The notes under the pieces: model-generated | Told to the model about the DNA's origin: nothing | Databases searched by the model: none | What the model saw: only the letters and a program-made list of their open reading frames with translations | Origin: an uncultured delta proteobacterium | GTDB lineage: Bacteria; Desulfobacterota; Binatia; Binatales; Binataceae | Direction of reading: 5' to 3' | DNA length: 64,000 nt | Assembly: GCA_963724765.1 (NCBI GenBank) | Contig: CAVRVY010000003.1 | Span: forward strand, 1,344,001-1,408,000 | In this document: one piece after another, positions 1 to 9,838 of the stretch | Numbering within the stretch: position 1 is the stretch's first letter | Layout: the number at the start of each line of letters is the position of its first letter | Translations under genes and position numbers: made by a program

Positions 1-527
1 GCCATGTAGCCGGCCCCTTGGCCCTGTATCACGGTCGAGACGACGAACTGGAAGCGTGCGGGAAAATAAACCTGCAATATTCCGAAGACACTGCTGATGA
101 CTTGAAACGTCCATAGGATCATGATCACCCGGCGCATCTCGGCGAGATCGATCCGGATTCGCGAAATCCAGAACAGCGGCCCTAGCACGGCCAGGTATAG
201 CCCGAACTCCGCCATCGCCGAGGTCGCGCTGTTGACGCCCGGGTTCAGCATCGAGAGGCCGAGGATCACCATCACGAAAACCGCTGCCCGGGCGGCGGGA
301 TGCTGCTTGCCGTGGCCCGGCAACACAAACAGCAGCCCCAGGCTGACGCCGAAGACGGCGGTGCGAAAGACGACCCGGAAGGGCGCCAGCGTGGACGAGA
401 GTAAGGCCAGCTGGCAAATGATCTCGAGAGCCACGAAGTACTCGAGCAGCCGGCTCGGCTTGGGTTGGCGGATCTGAGTTCCGGCGATCTGCTGCAGATG
501 CGGTGGCGGTGTGGTCGCTGTCGCCAT
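1..527 (-). CDS. Partial multi-pass membrane protein in the EPS cluster, possibly a Wzy-type polymerase; runs off the window edge
   Basis: Manual translation from ATG at 527 gives MATATTPPPHLQQIAG...LLEYFVALEIICQLALLSS...VISSVFGILQVYFPARFQF, with several hydrophobic segments and no stop before position 1. It lies downstream of glycosyltransferases and is absent from the ORF track. Confidence 0.65.
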   Translation of the reverse strand, partial: MATATTPPPHLQQIAGTQIRQPKPSRLLEYFVALEIICQLALLSSTLAPFRVVFRTAVFGVSLGLLFVLPGHGKQHPAARAAVFVMVILGLSMLNPGVNSATSAMAEFGLYLAVLGPLFWISRIRIDLAEMRRVIMILWTFQVISSVFGILQVYFPARFQFVVSTVIQGQGAGYM

Positions 528-911
528 GTATCAGCGCGCCGGAGATCCGCCGGCCAGTCCAGCCGAGCCGGAACTGACTTCCCAACGGTTTGGCGCGCGC
601 AGCGCGACAGGACGGCGGCTGATGCGGCAGAGAATATTGAGAGTCACGACACTCAAGCTCTTGGCGATTGCTCCGCAGGTGGATGATAGTCAGTGCGATC
701 GGTTGCGCGGGTGGTCCAAGCGGATTAGCGACAGTCTAGCCTGCGGTGGTCGCTGGTCCAACCCAGATCGCGCATTGCCCAGGTAGCTATTTGGTGCAGC
801 GGCAGGTCCGGCGCGATGCTACGACCGCCAAAGCGTAGTGCCGCGCCGCGCGTAGCCGGTGCGCAAAGACCCTCGCTCCGTTGTGCAGAAACACCGTGCC
901 GTAGCCGGCGC

Positions 912-1943
912 TCAATTTCCTTCGCGCGAGTCATCCCGATGTCCGGAACCCTGCTCCATGGATCTATTCGGTGGCTGTGCGAATTGCGGATAGGGCCCCG
1001 CGAATTCGGCCCATCGTCCCGCGACGATGAAGATCGCCTCGCGCAGTCCGTCCCTGCGCACGACCGGGACTGCGGGTATCGCAAGCAGTGCGACCGCTAG
1101 CCGCCATCCGGCCTTGACCCGCTCTGCCAGCCCAAAGTGGCGTAACTCATAGCGCGAGTGGAAAGTCGCTGTGCTTCGGATAGTCTGTACGATGTGTCGT
1201 GAAAAGTAAGCGGTTCCAAGTCGGTGCCGCTCTATCAAGTGCTTCAGTTTGAGTTGTGGTACGTAAACCCGCCGATAGCCTGCTCTCCCGATAAGCAAAC
1301 CGATTTCAATGTCTTCAGCAGTTACCCTGGCGTGGGGCTGCGGCCCGGGCAGCAACGCATCGGGACCGTTCGCGATTATGGCGGTGAGAAACGCATCGCG
1401 GCGCACCCACATCCCCGCTCCGAGAGTAGGAGCGAACGCCGTGGTGCCGTAGTCGATTAGCGATTCTCCCAGGTATCCGTAGTTCCCCGAATAGCCGTTC
1501 AAAGCGAACAGCGCGGAGCGGCGTGCGATGCTCGGCGGCGGTTCGCTTTCCCACTGCGGAGTAATGTTGGAAATCAAAAGTCCGATGCCCTGATCGTTCA
1601 GCGCGGATACGCCGGTGCGTATGTAGTCTGATGCCGGCAGGTTGTCATCGTCGAGGAAGCAGACCAGCGGCGCACGCGCAGCCAGCACGCCGGCAACGCG
1701 CGCAAAGCTCAGGCCCTGGCGCAATTCGCCGACGACTCGGCACTCGATCCCGCGGGCGCGCAGTGCCGCCACCGAAGCATCATTGGACGCCACAGTGGCG
1801 GTGTCATCCGTTGAGTTATTGTCGATCACGACAACCTCAAACGAACCGTCGGCTGCATCCTGAGCCCGTAGCTGCCGCAGGATCATGGGCAGACGGCGCG
1901 CGCCGTTATAGGTAGGGATCACGACGGTGACTTGCGGGAGCAT
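912..1943 (-). CDS. Glycosyltransferase family 2
   Basis: N-terminal VTVVIPTYN, IDNNSTD, and the DxD motif in CFLDDD. Confidence 0.93.
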   Translation of the reverse strand: MLPQVTVVIPTYNGARRLPMILRQLRAQDAADGSFEVVVIDNNSTDDTATVASNDASVAALRARGIECRVVGELRQGLSFARVAGVLAARAPLVCFLDDDNLPASDYIRTGVSALNDQGIGLLISNITPQWESEPPPSIARRSALFALNGYSGNYGYLGESLIDYGTTAFAPTLGAGMWVRRDAFLTAIIANGPDALLPGPQPHARVTAEDIEIGLLIGRAGYRRVYVPQLKLKHLIERHRLGTAYFSRHIVQTIRSTATFHSRYELRHFGLAERVKAGWRLAVALLAIPAVPVVRRDGLREAIFIVAGRWAEFAGPYPQFAQPPNRSMEQGSGHRDDSREGN

Positions 1944-2009
1944 CGCCCGGATACTTCTAACGAGGTCTCTGGAAGTAAGTCATTGCGCCTTGGGCTCGAT
2001 CGGAACGCT

Positions 2010-3215
2010 TCATGATAAAGGTTCTTCGCCGGTCTTCTCCCGAGTATCGCGCACATGGCCCGGGCGCAACTTGGTGAGAGCGCGCGCGAGCGCTGCCATT
2101 TGCGCCCGCGGTTCGCACAGCGCCGTGGCGCGCGCGGGGCCGGCCCCGCCCAGGCGCGCGCGCAATTCGCGATCCTCAATCAGGCGGCGCAGTGCGCCGG
2201 CCAGCGCGGCCGGATCGTTGGGCGCGACCAGTATCCCGCACGAGCCGTCGACAATCTCGAGCGCCCCGCCAATCGAGGTGGTTACCACTGGCAGCCCCGC
2301 GTAGAGCGCTTCGATAAAGGTGATGCCGAAGGGCTCGGGTCCGGTGTTGGGCTGACAATGGATGTCAGCGGCGGCCAGCAGACGCGCGACGTCGCCGCGT
2401 TGCCCGAGGAAGTTCACGCGCGGGCCGATTCCAAGCGCGGCCGCCTGGGCGCGCAAGGTTGCAATATAGCGCGTCTCGTGCGGGCGCTGCGCTCCGCCCA
2501 CTATCCAGCAGGTCCATTCGGACAGGCCGAGCACGCCGGCCAGGCGCGCGAGCGCATCGAGATGTAGCCGGTGGCCCTTCCACTCCTCCATCCGGCTCAC
2601 CTGGATCACCACCACCGCTTCCGGAGCGGCGCCAAGTTCGGCGCGCACGGCCGCGCGATCCGCCTGCGAGACACCGGATGCGGGTGCGACGGGATAGTAG
2701 ACGACCTCGCACGGCACTAGCGGCAGTTGCGGTACCTGCGGTACGTGCGGCATTTGCGGATAGATGAGTGGCAGCGACGCCGCGGTGAAGCGGCTGTCGC
2801 AAATCGCGCCGTCGGGCACCGCCCGGGAGGCCCAGCGCTCGAGCCAATGGCGTCCGGCGGCCACGTCGTGCAGCCAGAAAATCGACGCCGCGTCCGACGC
2901 GCGAACGACCGGGCCGAAGATCGCCTGAGTCCACGGCGAATGACAGACGACCGTGTCGAAGCCGCGCCGCTCGATGAGCCCGCGCAGCTCCCGCCGCGCC
3001 CGCAGGATACTCAACGGCCATCGAACGCGGACTTCGCCCAGCCGATGCTCCGTTGCGCCGGCCGCGCGCAGTTCGTCCTCCAGCCGTCCTCCGAAACACA
3101 GCGCGAACTCGCATTCGAGCTCGGGGCTGAGCGCGCGATATCGCGCAAGCGTCACCAGCACTGTCTCGAGACCGCCGTAAAGATTGCCCGCACTCACGTG
3201 CAGCACGCGCATCAC
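2010..3215 (-). CDS. Glycosyltransferase family 4 (GT-B fold)
   Basis: RVLHVSAGNLYGGLE N-terminus; EPFGITFIEALYAGLPVV (Ex7E) motif. Confidence 0.93.
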   Translation of the reverse strand: MMRVLHVSAGNLYGGLETVLVTLARYRALSPELECEFALCFGGRLEDELRAAGATEHRLGEVRVRWPLSILRARRELRGLIERRGFDTVVCHSPWTQAIFGPVVRASDAASIFWLHDVAAGRHWLERWASRAVPDGAICDSRFTAASLPLIYPQMPHVPQVPQLPLVPCEVVYYPVAPASGVSQADRAAVRAELGAAPEAVVVIQVSRMEEWKGHRLHLDALARLAGVLGLSEWTCWIVGGAQRPHETRYIATLRAQAAALGIGPRVNFLGQRGDVARLLAAADIHCQPNTGPEPFGITFIEALYAGLPVVTTSIGGALEIVDGSCGILVAPNDPAALAGALRRLIEDRELRARLGGAGPARATALCEPRAQMAALARALTKLRPGHVRDTREKTGEEPLS

Positions 3216-4432
3216 GCCGCCTCCGCACAGAGCAGGCGATAGATTGGCATCAGCTCGGCCGCGAGCCGCGCGCGCGCGAAGCGCCGGCGCGCCGAGTGCG
3301 CGGCCTTGGCTCCGAGCGCCGCGCGCAGCGCCGGGTCGCGCACCAGCTCGCCCATCCGCTCGGCCAGCGCCGGCACGCAGCCCGGCTCATGCACCAGCGC
3401 GTCCTCACCGGGCGTGACTATTTCGACGGCGCCGCCGCCGCGGCTTACTACCACGGCGCGCCCGCACGCCATCGCCTCCGCGATCACCAGCCCGAACGGC
3501 TCGGGCTGCGTGCTGGCATGGACGACGACGTCCAGCGCGCGCATCGCCGCCGCGGCCTCGTCGACGAAGCCCGTGAAGCCGACGCGGCCGGCGAGCCCCA
3601 GGCGCCGCGCCAGAGCGCGCAGCTCTTCGAGGTCGTACTGGCTGCCCTCGGTCTCGTAAAGTGCGCCGCCGATCACATAACCGCGCACCGGTGGATCGCC
3701 GGAGAGCATTTTGAGCGCGCGCAGGAAGATTTCGTGACCCTTCCATCGCGCCATCGTAGCGACCAAGCCGATCCTGACCACCGGATGGCTCGGCGGCGCA
3801 AGTCCAGCCAGCCGGTCGAGGTCGAGGACGGGACCCTCGGGCGAGAAGCGTTCGAGGTCCACGGCGTTGTAGATGGGAAAGACCCTGAGCTGCGCGCCGC
3901 AGGCGGCGCGCACGTCTTCAGCCACGCTCAGCGAGTTGGCGACCGCCGCCGCGCAGCGGTCGGCATGCGCCCGCATCAGGCGCGCCATCAGCGGCCGCGA
4001 GCTGATGTAGTCGTGGATGTGCCAGAGCAGCGGCACACCGCCGGGCGCGGCCCACGCGCCAAGCACATGCATCTTGAAGCCATTGGTATGGATCAGATCG
4101 GGAGCGGCGGCGGCCAGCGCGCGCCGCAGCCGGGTAGTATACAGCGCCACCGAAGGCGTGCTCAGCGACGCCCGCCCGAGCGTGCCGAGCAGGCGGGATT
4201 TGCCGCCGTCACCGGCGCCGGCGTCGCCCAGCCGGGCGAGCGCGCGCGGATAAGTCAGCGCACGGACTTCAACGCCAAGCGTGCGGGCCAGGTCAAGGAA
4301 GGCGCCGTCGGCGCCGGCGATAAGCTCAAGCTCGACGCGTGGCTCGGCTGACCGCAGGCTCGCCATGAAATCGAGCAGGCTGCGCTCGGCGCCACCCATC
4401 TGGCCGGAGGCGTTGAGATATACGATTTTCAA
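3212..4432 (-). CDS. Glycosyltransferase family 4 (GT-B fold)
   Basis: KIVYLNASGQMGGAE and EPFGLVIAEAMACGRAVV. Start placed at TTG 4432 to avoid overlap with the upstream gene; its stop overlaps the next start. Confidence 0.92.
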   Translation of the reverse strand: MKIVYLNASGQMGGAERSLLDFMASLRSAEPRVELELIAGADGAFLDLARTLGVEVRALTYPRALARLGDAGAGDGGKSRLLGTLGRASLSTPSVALYTTRLRRALAAAAPDLIHTNGFKMHVLGAWAAPGGVPLLWHIHDYISSRPLMARLMRAHADRCAAAVANSLSVAEDVRAACGAQLRVFPIYNAVDLERFSPEGPVLDLDRLAGLAPPSHPVVRIGLVATMARWKGHEIFLRALKMLSGDPPVRGYVIGGALYETEGSQYDLEELRALARRLGLAGRVGFTGFVDEAAAAMRALDVVVHASTQPEPFGLVIAEAMACGRAVVVSRGGGAVEIVTPGEDALVHEPGCVPALAERMGELVRDPALRAALGAKAAHSARRRFARARLAAELMPIYRLLCAEAA

Positions 4433-4442
4433 GCGGTGTGAA

Positions 4443-7313
4443 CTAATCGTCAGTGTTCGGGGACGGCACGGGGGCGGGCTCCGGTGCGGCCAGGTCATGG
4501 GTCTGCGCCGCTTGCGCCGCCTCCGCCTTGGCCATCCGGTGCTTGAAATCCGCGTAATAGCTGCTCATGGTGCGATTGTTGGGATCAAACGTGACCGCCT
4601 GCGCGTATGCCTTCTCGGCCTCATAGTAATTGAACGCGCCTTCCTGCGCGCGACCGAGATCGAACCATACGCGGGCCGACGGGTCGGCGTCAGCGGCCTG
4701 CTGCAAGGTAAGCGCGGCGCGGTCGTAATGCGACTGGTTGAGGTAGAACTCACCCAACGCCAGGAGCACTTCGCTACCCTGCGGACGCTCGGCCGCCGCG
4801 TCCTTCAAGGCACTCTCCTGCGCGTCCGCGTCGTGAGCCTCCTTTGCCGCCTCTGCCAGGGCAAGGTCGAGGTCGTAGGGATCGTTGCCGGCCTTGGCCG
4901 CTTCGTCCATCGCGGTCCTGGCCGATTGCATGTCGCGGTCGGGCCCGTAAACGTGCTTGACCAGCGCCAGGTAGGGAGCCGGATCGCCCGGCGCCTGTTC
5001 CATCGCGGCGCGGAAGAAGCCCTCCGCGGTCAACATGTAGCCCGCTGCCGCATAGGCCTTACCTGCATCGATGAGGAAGCGCATTCGCTCGTTGGGGTCT
5101 TTGGTCCGGGCCGCCGCGCTGGCATAAAGTGCGGCCTCTTTGAGCGGGAGGTTGAGGCTCGAGTAGAACTGGCCGATTCCGTAGAAGGCGCCCGGAAAGC
5201 CAGCTGCCACCGCCTGCTTGAATCCTTTCTCGACCGCCGCGCGGGTGACGGGCGCAAGCCATCGCACCAACTCCGGGCTCAGATAGAAGTGCGTGCTCGC
5301 AGTGGGCGAGTCGAAAACCGAGCGCGTGACCTGGGCCAACGCCTGCGGCAGTTGGCCGTGGCGCGCGAGCATGCTGGCGTAGCTGTCGCGCTTTTCGGGA
5401 TCAGTCGGGTCGAGCCATACCGCCGTGCTCAGTTCGCGCATCTGCGCCTGCTGGCTCATCGCGCCCCCGCCCAGGGTGGCCATGATGTAGTGGCCGTCGG
5501 AATCGGCAGGATGAGCGATCACGCGCCTGCCTGCGGCGCGCAGCGTGGCCGCCGGCGGCATGAAGTTTCGATAGGAGACGTCTTTCTGGCCGAGCGCGAT
5601 GAAGATGAGCGCCAGCGCGCCCGTCGCCACGAACGCCAGCAACGCCCTGGGCGCCGGCCGCCATCCGCGCGCGTCGCTATCGGCCGAGGCGGGGGTGGCG
5701 AGCCTGAATCCCAGGCCGAGCAGCACGGCCAACAACGTGGCGTTGGCTGGTACGTGGAGGTTGAAGTCGATTAATTCGTGGAGCGTGGTTGCGATTACGG
5801 CCGCCACCACTGCGGCCAACAGCGGCCACTCGCGCGGATCGCCCGCGCGCATCGCCGCGCCGATTCGGCGCAGGAGACGCCAGAAGACCCAGCCCAGCGC
5901 GAACAGGGCGATAAGCCCGCTCTCGGCAGCGAATTGCACGTAATCGTTGTGCGCGTCGCGATAGTAGAAGAACTGCGACCATGGCGGAGATACGTAGCGC
6001 GTGAACAATTCACCCCACGCGCCCATACCAACGCCGAAGAGCGGGAAATCACGGACCATCGCGAGCGTGCGCCGATACAGCATCCCGCGCTCCGACAGGC
6101 TGAGTCCGGTCGAGACGGTTTCCGCCAGGCGGACGTCGGTCAGGCTGCGTCCTTGTGGACCAATCAGCATTAGCGCGAAAACAAACAGTCCGAAGGCCGC
6201 CAGGGCGACCCAGCCGAGCGTGCGCGTATCGGAATGGCGTGCAAAGGCGTCGCGCCGCTGTTCGGGCTGGGCGAAGAACATCGCGACCAGCGCTCCCACG
6301 CTGATTGCGACCGAGATCCAGCCGCCGCGCGAGAGGCTCAGCACGATCGCGCACAGGACCAGGAACGCGATCGCCATCGAGGCCATACGCACCGGGCTCG
6401 TCCAGGCGCGCGGTACAAAATCGATGCGCAGCAGGGCAGCAACCAGCGCCAGCGGCAGGATCATCGCGAGATAGTTGGCGAAGTGGTCGGGATTGACGAA
6501 CGGCCCGGTCGCGCGCAGCGCGAAGGCCAGGTGCGGCCCTTCCCAGTCCAGGGGCACGAAGAACCACAGGATCTTGCCGTTCCACGACGCCCAGTTCATC
6601 AGCCCCAGAAACGCCACCACGAAACCCATCGCCAGGAGCAGGCCGAAGATCGTGCGGCAGAAGCGTTCCTCGGCACGCGGATCGCCCTCAGCGCCGAAGG
6701 GGTAGAGCGCGACCAAAAGGAACAGCGCCGTGTAGCTGAGCGCCTTCAACATCCCCGTGCGCGAGACCTCGGGCTCGAAGCTGAGCGCGCGCCAGTGGCG
6801 GCTGTCAGGCATCGCGGCGGATGCGGTCCCGGTCTGCTTGACCGGCGCCTGCGCTTTGGCGGTGGTCGGCGCGAAGGGCACCTTGGCTCCCGCGCGCACC
6901 TGTTCCGCGGTGGGCAGGATTATCGGTCCGGACGGGAGCAAAGGCTGCGCGTCGAACTTGACATCGTGATAGGACGGCTGCGTGGGCCATCCGGGCAACG
7001 CGCGCGCGTAAATCTCGTAGGCCGCGGGCGAAAGGGTGGCAAGCAGCGCCGGCGGCATCGGCACCATTTCCAATCCCATCAGCGCCAGCACCAGCACGAT
7101 CGGAAGCGCGACCGCGCGGGCCGCCAGCCCCCCGCCATCGCGCATCAGGCGGCCGCCGCCAACCCATGCCCGCGCCATCCACGCCGCCACCAGTGCGAAG
7201 ACGATCCCCTCCATCAGCGTGTAAGCCCACGGATGGACCGAGCCGAAGCACATCGGGGTGAGGACGACCAGCAGGCCGATTCCTGCGACGATTATTTGGT
7301 CGAGGCGGCGCAA
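4443..7313 (-). CDS. O-antigen ligase (Wzy_C) family membrane protein with C-terminal TPR repeats
   Basis: Many TM helices; GPFVNPDHFA, LSLSRGG, FPLFGVGMG and AHNDYVQ motifs; Ala-rich helical TPR-like C-terminus (AEKAYAQAVTFDPNN). Confidence 0.88.
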   Translation of the reverse strand: MRRLDQIIVAGIGLLVVLTPMCFGSVHPWAYTLMEGIVFALVAAWMARAWVGGGRLMRDGGGLAARAVALPIVLVLALMGLEMVPMPPALLATLSPAAYEIYARALPGWPTQPSYHDVKFDAQPLLPSGPIILPTAEQVRAGAKVPFAPTTAKAQAPVKQTGTASAAMPDSRHWRALSFEPEVSRTGMLKALSYTALFLLVALYPFGAEGDPRAEERFCRTIFGLLLAMGFVVAFLGLMNWASWNGKILWFFVPLDWEGPHLAFALRATGPFVNPDHFANYLAMILPLALVAALLRIDFVPRAWTSPVRMASMAIAFLVLCAIVLSLSRGGWISVAISVGALVAMFFAQPEQRRDAFARHSDTRTLGWVALAAFGLFVFALMLIGPQGRSLTDVRLAETVSTGLSLSERGMLYRRTLAMVRDFPLFGVGMGAWGELFTRYVSPPWSQFFYYRDAHNDYVQFAAESGLIALFALGWVFWRLLRRIGAAMRAGDPREWPLLAAVVAAVIATTLHELIDFNLHVPANATLLAVLLGLGFRLATPASADSDARGWRPAPRALLAFVATGALALIFIALGQKDVSYRNFMPPAATLRAAGRRVIAHPADSDGHYIMATLGGGAMSQQAQMRELSTAVWLDPTDPEKRDSYASMLARHGQLPQALAQVTRSVFDSPTASTHFYLSPELVRWLAPVTRAAVEKGFKQAVAAGFPGAFYGIGQFYSSLNLPLKEAALYASAAARTKDPNERMRFLIDAGKAYAAAGYMLTAEGFFRAAMEQAPGDPAPYLALVKHVYGPDRDMQSARTAMDEAAKAGNDPYDLDLALAEAAKEAHDADAQESALKDAAAERPQGSEVLLALGEFYLNQSHYDRAALTLQQAADADPSARVWFDLGRAQEGAFNYYEAEKAYAQAVTFDPNNRTMSSYYADFKHRMAKAEAAQAAQTHDLAAPEPAPVPSPNTDD

Positions 7314-7398
7314 AGTTTTGGTGCCCCCGTCATGGGGCGCTCGGTGCCTGGGCCGTCAGGCTGGAACGATACGACGGCGCGGAAGGCAGCCGCTCACG

Positions 7399-9771
7399 TC
7401 AGGGAGCCTCTTGCTCTTGATGCAGCGCGGCATTTTCATCCTCGGGAGTGTAGTAACCCTGGTGATAATAGTAATGGTACTCGGACTGATGGATTCTCAC
7501 CCGGTTGAGCACCGTGCCGAAGATCTTGGCGCGCGCGTACTCCAGCCGTGCCCGCGCCGCTTTGACCTGCTGTTTGGGCGTGCGCGAGGCGTTCGTCACC
7601 AGCATCACGCCGTCGACAATGGTTGAGAGCAACAGCGCGTCGCTCACCGGTATCACCGGCGGCGAGTCGATCACGATGTAGTCGTAGATCTGCTGCAGCT
7701 GAGTCACCACCTGATGCATCTTTGGCGAGCCTACCAGCTCCGTTGCGTTGGGCGGCACCGATCCGGAGCCCAGGAAGAAGAGATTGGGAACCGTGGTCGG
7801 GCGGATGAGGTCGTGCAGGTCGCGCACGCCGGTCAATACCTCGGTCAGCCCGAGATTATTATCGACGTCGAGCACGCGATGGCAGCGCGGACGACGCATG
7901 TCGGCGTCGATCAGCAGCACGCTCGCGCCCAATTGCGCCAGCATTGCGGCGGTGTTGACCGCGGTTACGGTCTTGCCCTCGCCCGGCATCGCGCTGGTGA
8001 CCAGCGTGACCTTGGGCGGAGCGCCCGCACGCGAGAGCAACAGCGCCGTGCGCAGGTTGCGATACGCCTCGCCTAGGGCCGAGTAGCTGCCATGCTCGGT
8101 CACCAGTTCCTGGATTGCCGATGCCGTCCGGCCACCCGCCCCGTTGGCGCCGTTGCCGTTGCTTCCATTGGTGAGAGCCTTGGGCGTGTCGCCGTTGGCC
8201 GCCAGCATCGCGAGCGCGGCCTTGGCCGGCGCATAACCCTTGGGCCCGTATGGCGAGGAGTTGAGGCGGCTGAACTCGGGGATGATCCCGATGTTTGGCA
8301 GGCGCAGGTAACGCTCGGCCTCCTCGGGGTCCTTCAGCGTATTGTCGAGGTAGTCAAGCAGGAAGGCGAGACCCACCGCGCCCAGCAGGCCCAGAATCCC
8401 GCTCACCATCAGGTCGCGCATTTTCTGGGGAGAGGTGGGGATGCGCGGGGCGGTCGCCTTGTCGACGATCGAGACGTTGGAGGTCTGGGCCTCGGCCTCG
8501 ACGCCCACGTCCTTCATGCGCTTGAGCACGGCGTTGTAGAGCTGGCGATAGGTGTCGACGTCGCGCTGCAGGATCGCGTACTGCACGGCGGCGTCGTTGA
8601 GGCTCATCGTCACGGTGCGCTGGCGTTGCATCTCAGCGTCGAGTTCGTGCTCCTTCTCGAGCGCCTGTTGATAGGATATTTCAACGCCCTTGATGGAATT
8701 CTGGACTTCCTCATTAAGCCGCCCCTTGAGCAGGTTTTCTTTGGCGCGCAACTGCGCCAGCGGCGGATACGCGGCGGTGAATTGCTGGGAGAGACTCGCG
8801 TCCTGGGCGGCGAGCTGGTTGAGTTCAGCCTGCATGCTCTGCACCAGCTTGTCGTCCATCACCACGGGCAGCGAATCGTACATGTGCTTGTGGATCAGCT
8901 CGACCTGTGATTCCAGCCCGATGCGTTCGACCTGCGCCCGGGTCAGGTCCTTGCTCAGGTCCGTGAGCCGATCGATCACCACCGCGTCTTTGCCGTCGAG
9001 CGACATCAGGCCGGGGATGATACCCTTGGCGCGGCGATAGTCGTTGAGCGCCACTTCGGATTTCTCGAGCTGCTCCTTGAGCTCGACCAGCTTGCGGCTG
9101 AGGAACTTTTCCGCGTCGCGGCTGGCCTGGCTGTGCATCTCGACCCCGCGATCGATAAAGGCTTCGGCGTGGGCGTTGGCGACGCGTGCGGCGAGCAACG
9201 GGTCGGGAGAGCTGTAGTCGATCTCGACCAGGCTGGTGCTGGGAATCGACCTGATACTGAGGCCGCCAAGATAGGCGTCTATCTCATCGGCAGAGACGCC
9301 GAGCAGTCCCGAGCGCGGCGCGCTGGAGCCCGGTGACGGAGGGGTCAACAGGTCGTGCACCCGCTGACGCAGGCTGCCCACCACCGCGCTGAACAATCCG
9401 GGACGCCCGCTCCCGGTGAAGGCCGGGTTGCGGTTCAGTCCGAGGTTGCGGACGACCGATGCCGCCAGCGTTCTGCTCTTGAGGATCTCGCTCTGGGTCT
9501 TGAAATAGTCCGAGCCGTCGTAGGACGCTTCGATCTCGATCAGCGCCTCGGCCGGGTCGATCCCGGTGGGCGCCTTGGGCAGAATCATCACCGTGGTCTG
9601 CGCGGTGTAGATCGGCGTCGTCATCAGCAGGTGAAGCAGCGTGACGAAGACCGTGCCTGCCACCACTGCCCCGATCAGGCGCAGGTGCTTGCGCAGCAAA
9701 CGCCAGTAGACCCAGAGATCGATCTTTGTGACGTCGTCCTCGAAGAACGAGGGCGCGAACTCGGCCTCCAT
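7399..9771 (-). CDS. wzc: Polysaccharide co-polymerase / tyrosine autokinase (Wzc/GumC-like)
   Basis: IDLWVYWRLL Wzz N-terminus, periplasmic coiled coil, Walker A SAMPGEGKT, LLIDADMRRP, IDSPP, C-terminal Tyr cluster EYHYYYHQGYY. Start chosen at ATG 9771. Confidence 0.95.
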   Translation of the reverse strand: MEAEFAPSFFEDDVTKIDLWVYWRLLRKHLRLIGAVVAGTVFVTLLHLLMTTPIYTAQTTVMILPKAPTGIDPAEALIEIEASYDGSDYFKTQSEILKSRTLAASVVRNLGLNRNPAFTGSGRPGLFSAVVGSLRQRVHDLLTPPSPGSSAPRSGLLGVSADEIDAYLGGLSIRSIPSTSLVEIDYSSPDPLLAARVANAHAEAFIDRGVEMHSQASRDAEKFLSRKLVELKEQLEKSEVALNDYRRAKGIIPGLMSLDGKDAVVIDRLTDLSKDLTRAQVERIGLESQVELIHKHMYDSLPVVMDDKLVQSMQAELNQLAAQDASLSQQFTAAYPPLAQLRAKENLLKGRLNEEVQNSIKGVEISYQQALEKEHELDAEMQRQRTVTMSLNDAAVQYAILQRDVDTYRQLYNAVLKRMKDVGVEAEAQTSNVSIVDKATAPRIPTSPQKMRDLMVSGILGLLGAVGLAFLLDYLDNTLKDPEEAERYLRLPNIGIIPEFSRLNSSPYGPKGYAPAKAALAMLAANGDTPKALTNGSNGNGANGAGGRTASAIQELVTEHGSYSALGEAYRNLRTALLLSRAGAPPKVTLVTSAMPGEGKTVTAVNTAAMLAQLGASVLLIDADMRRPRCHRVLDVDNNLGLTEVLTGVRDLHDLIRPTTVPNLFFLGSGSVPPNATELVGSPKMHQVVTQLQQIYDYIVIDSPPVIPVSDALLLSTIVDGVMLVTNASRTPKQQVKAARARLEYARAKIFGTVLNRVRIHQSEYHYYYHQGYYTPEDENAALHQEQEAP

Positions 9772-9838
9772 CGCGGACTCCTGGGCCGGTCTGCGCTGAA
9801 TGAAATATGGCGAAGGTTCTCTCACGCTTCTTTTCCAC

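Noticed and set aside
4281-7508. Long plus-strand ORFs (4281..5774, 6234..7508) and similar antisense ORFs throughout the window
   Set aside because: Shadow frames of genuine genes in high-GC DNA; Arg/Ala/Gly-rich with no family motifs.
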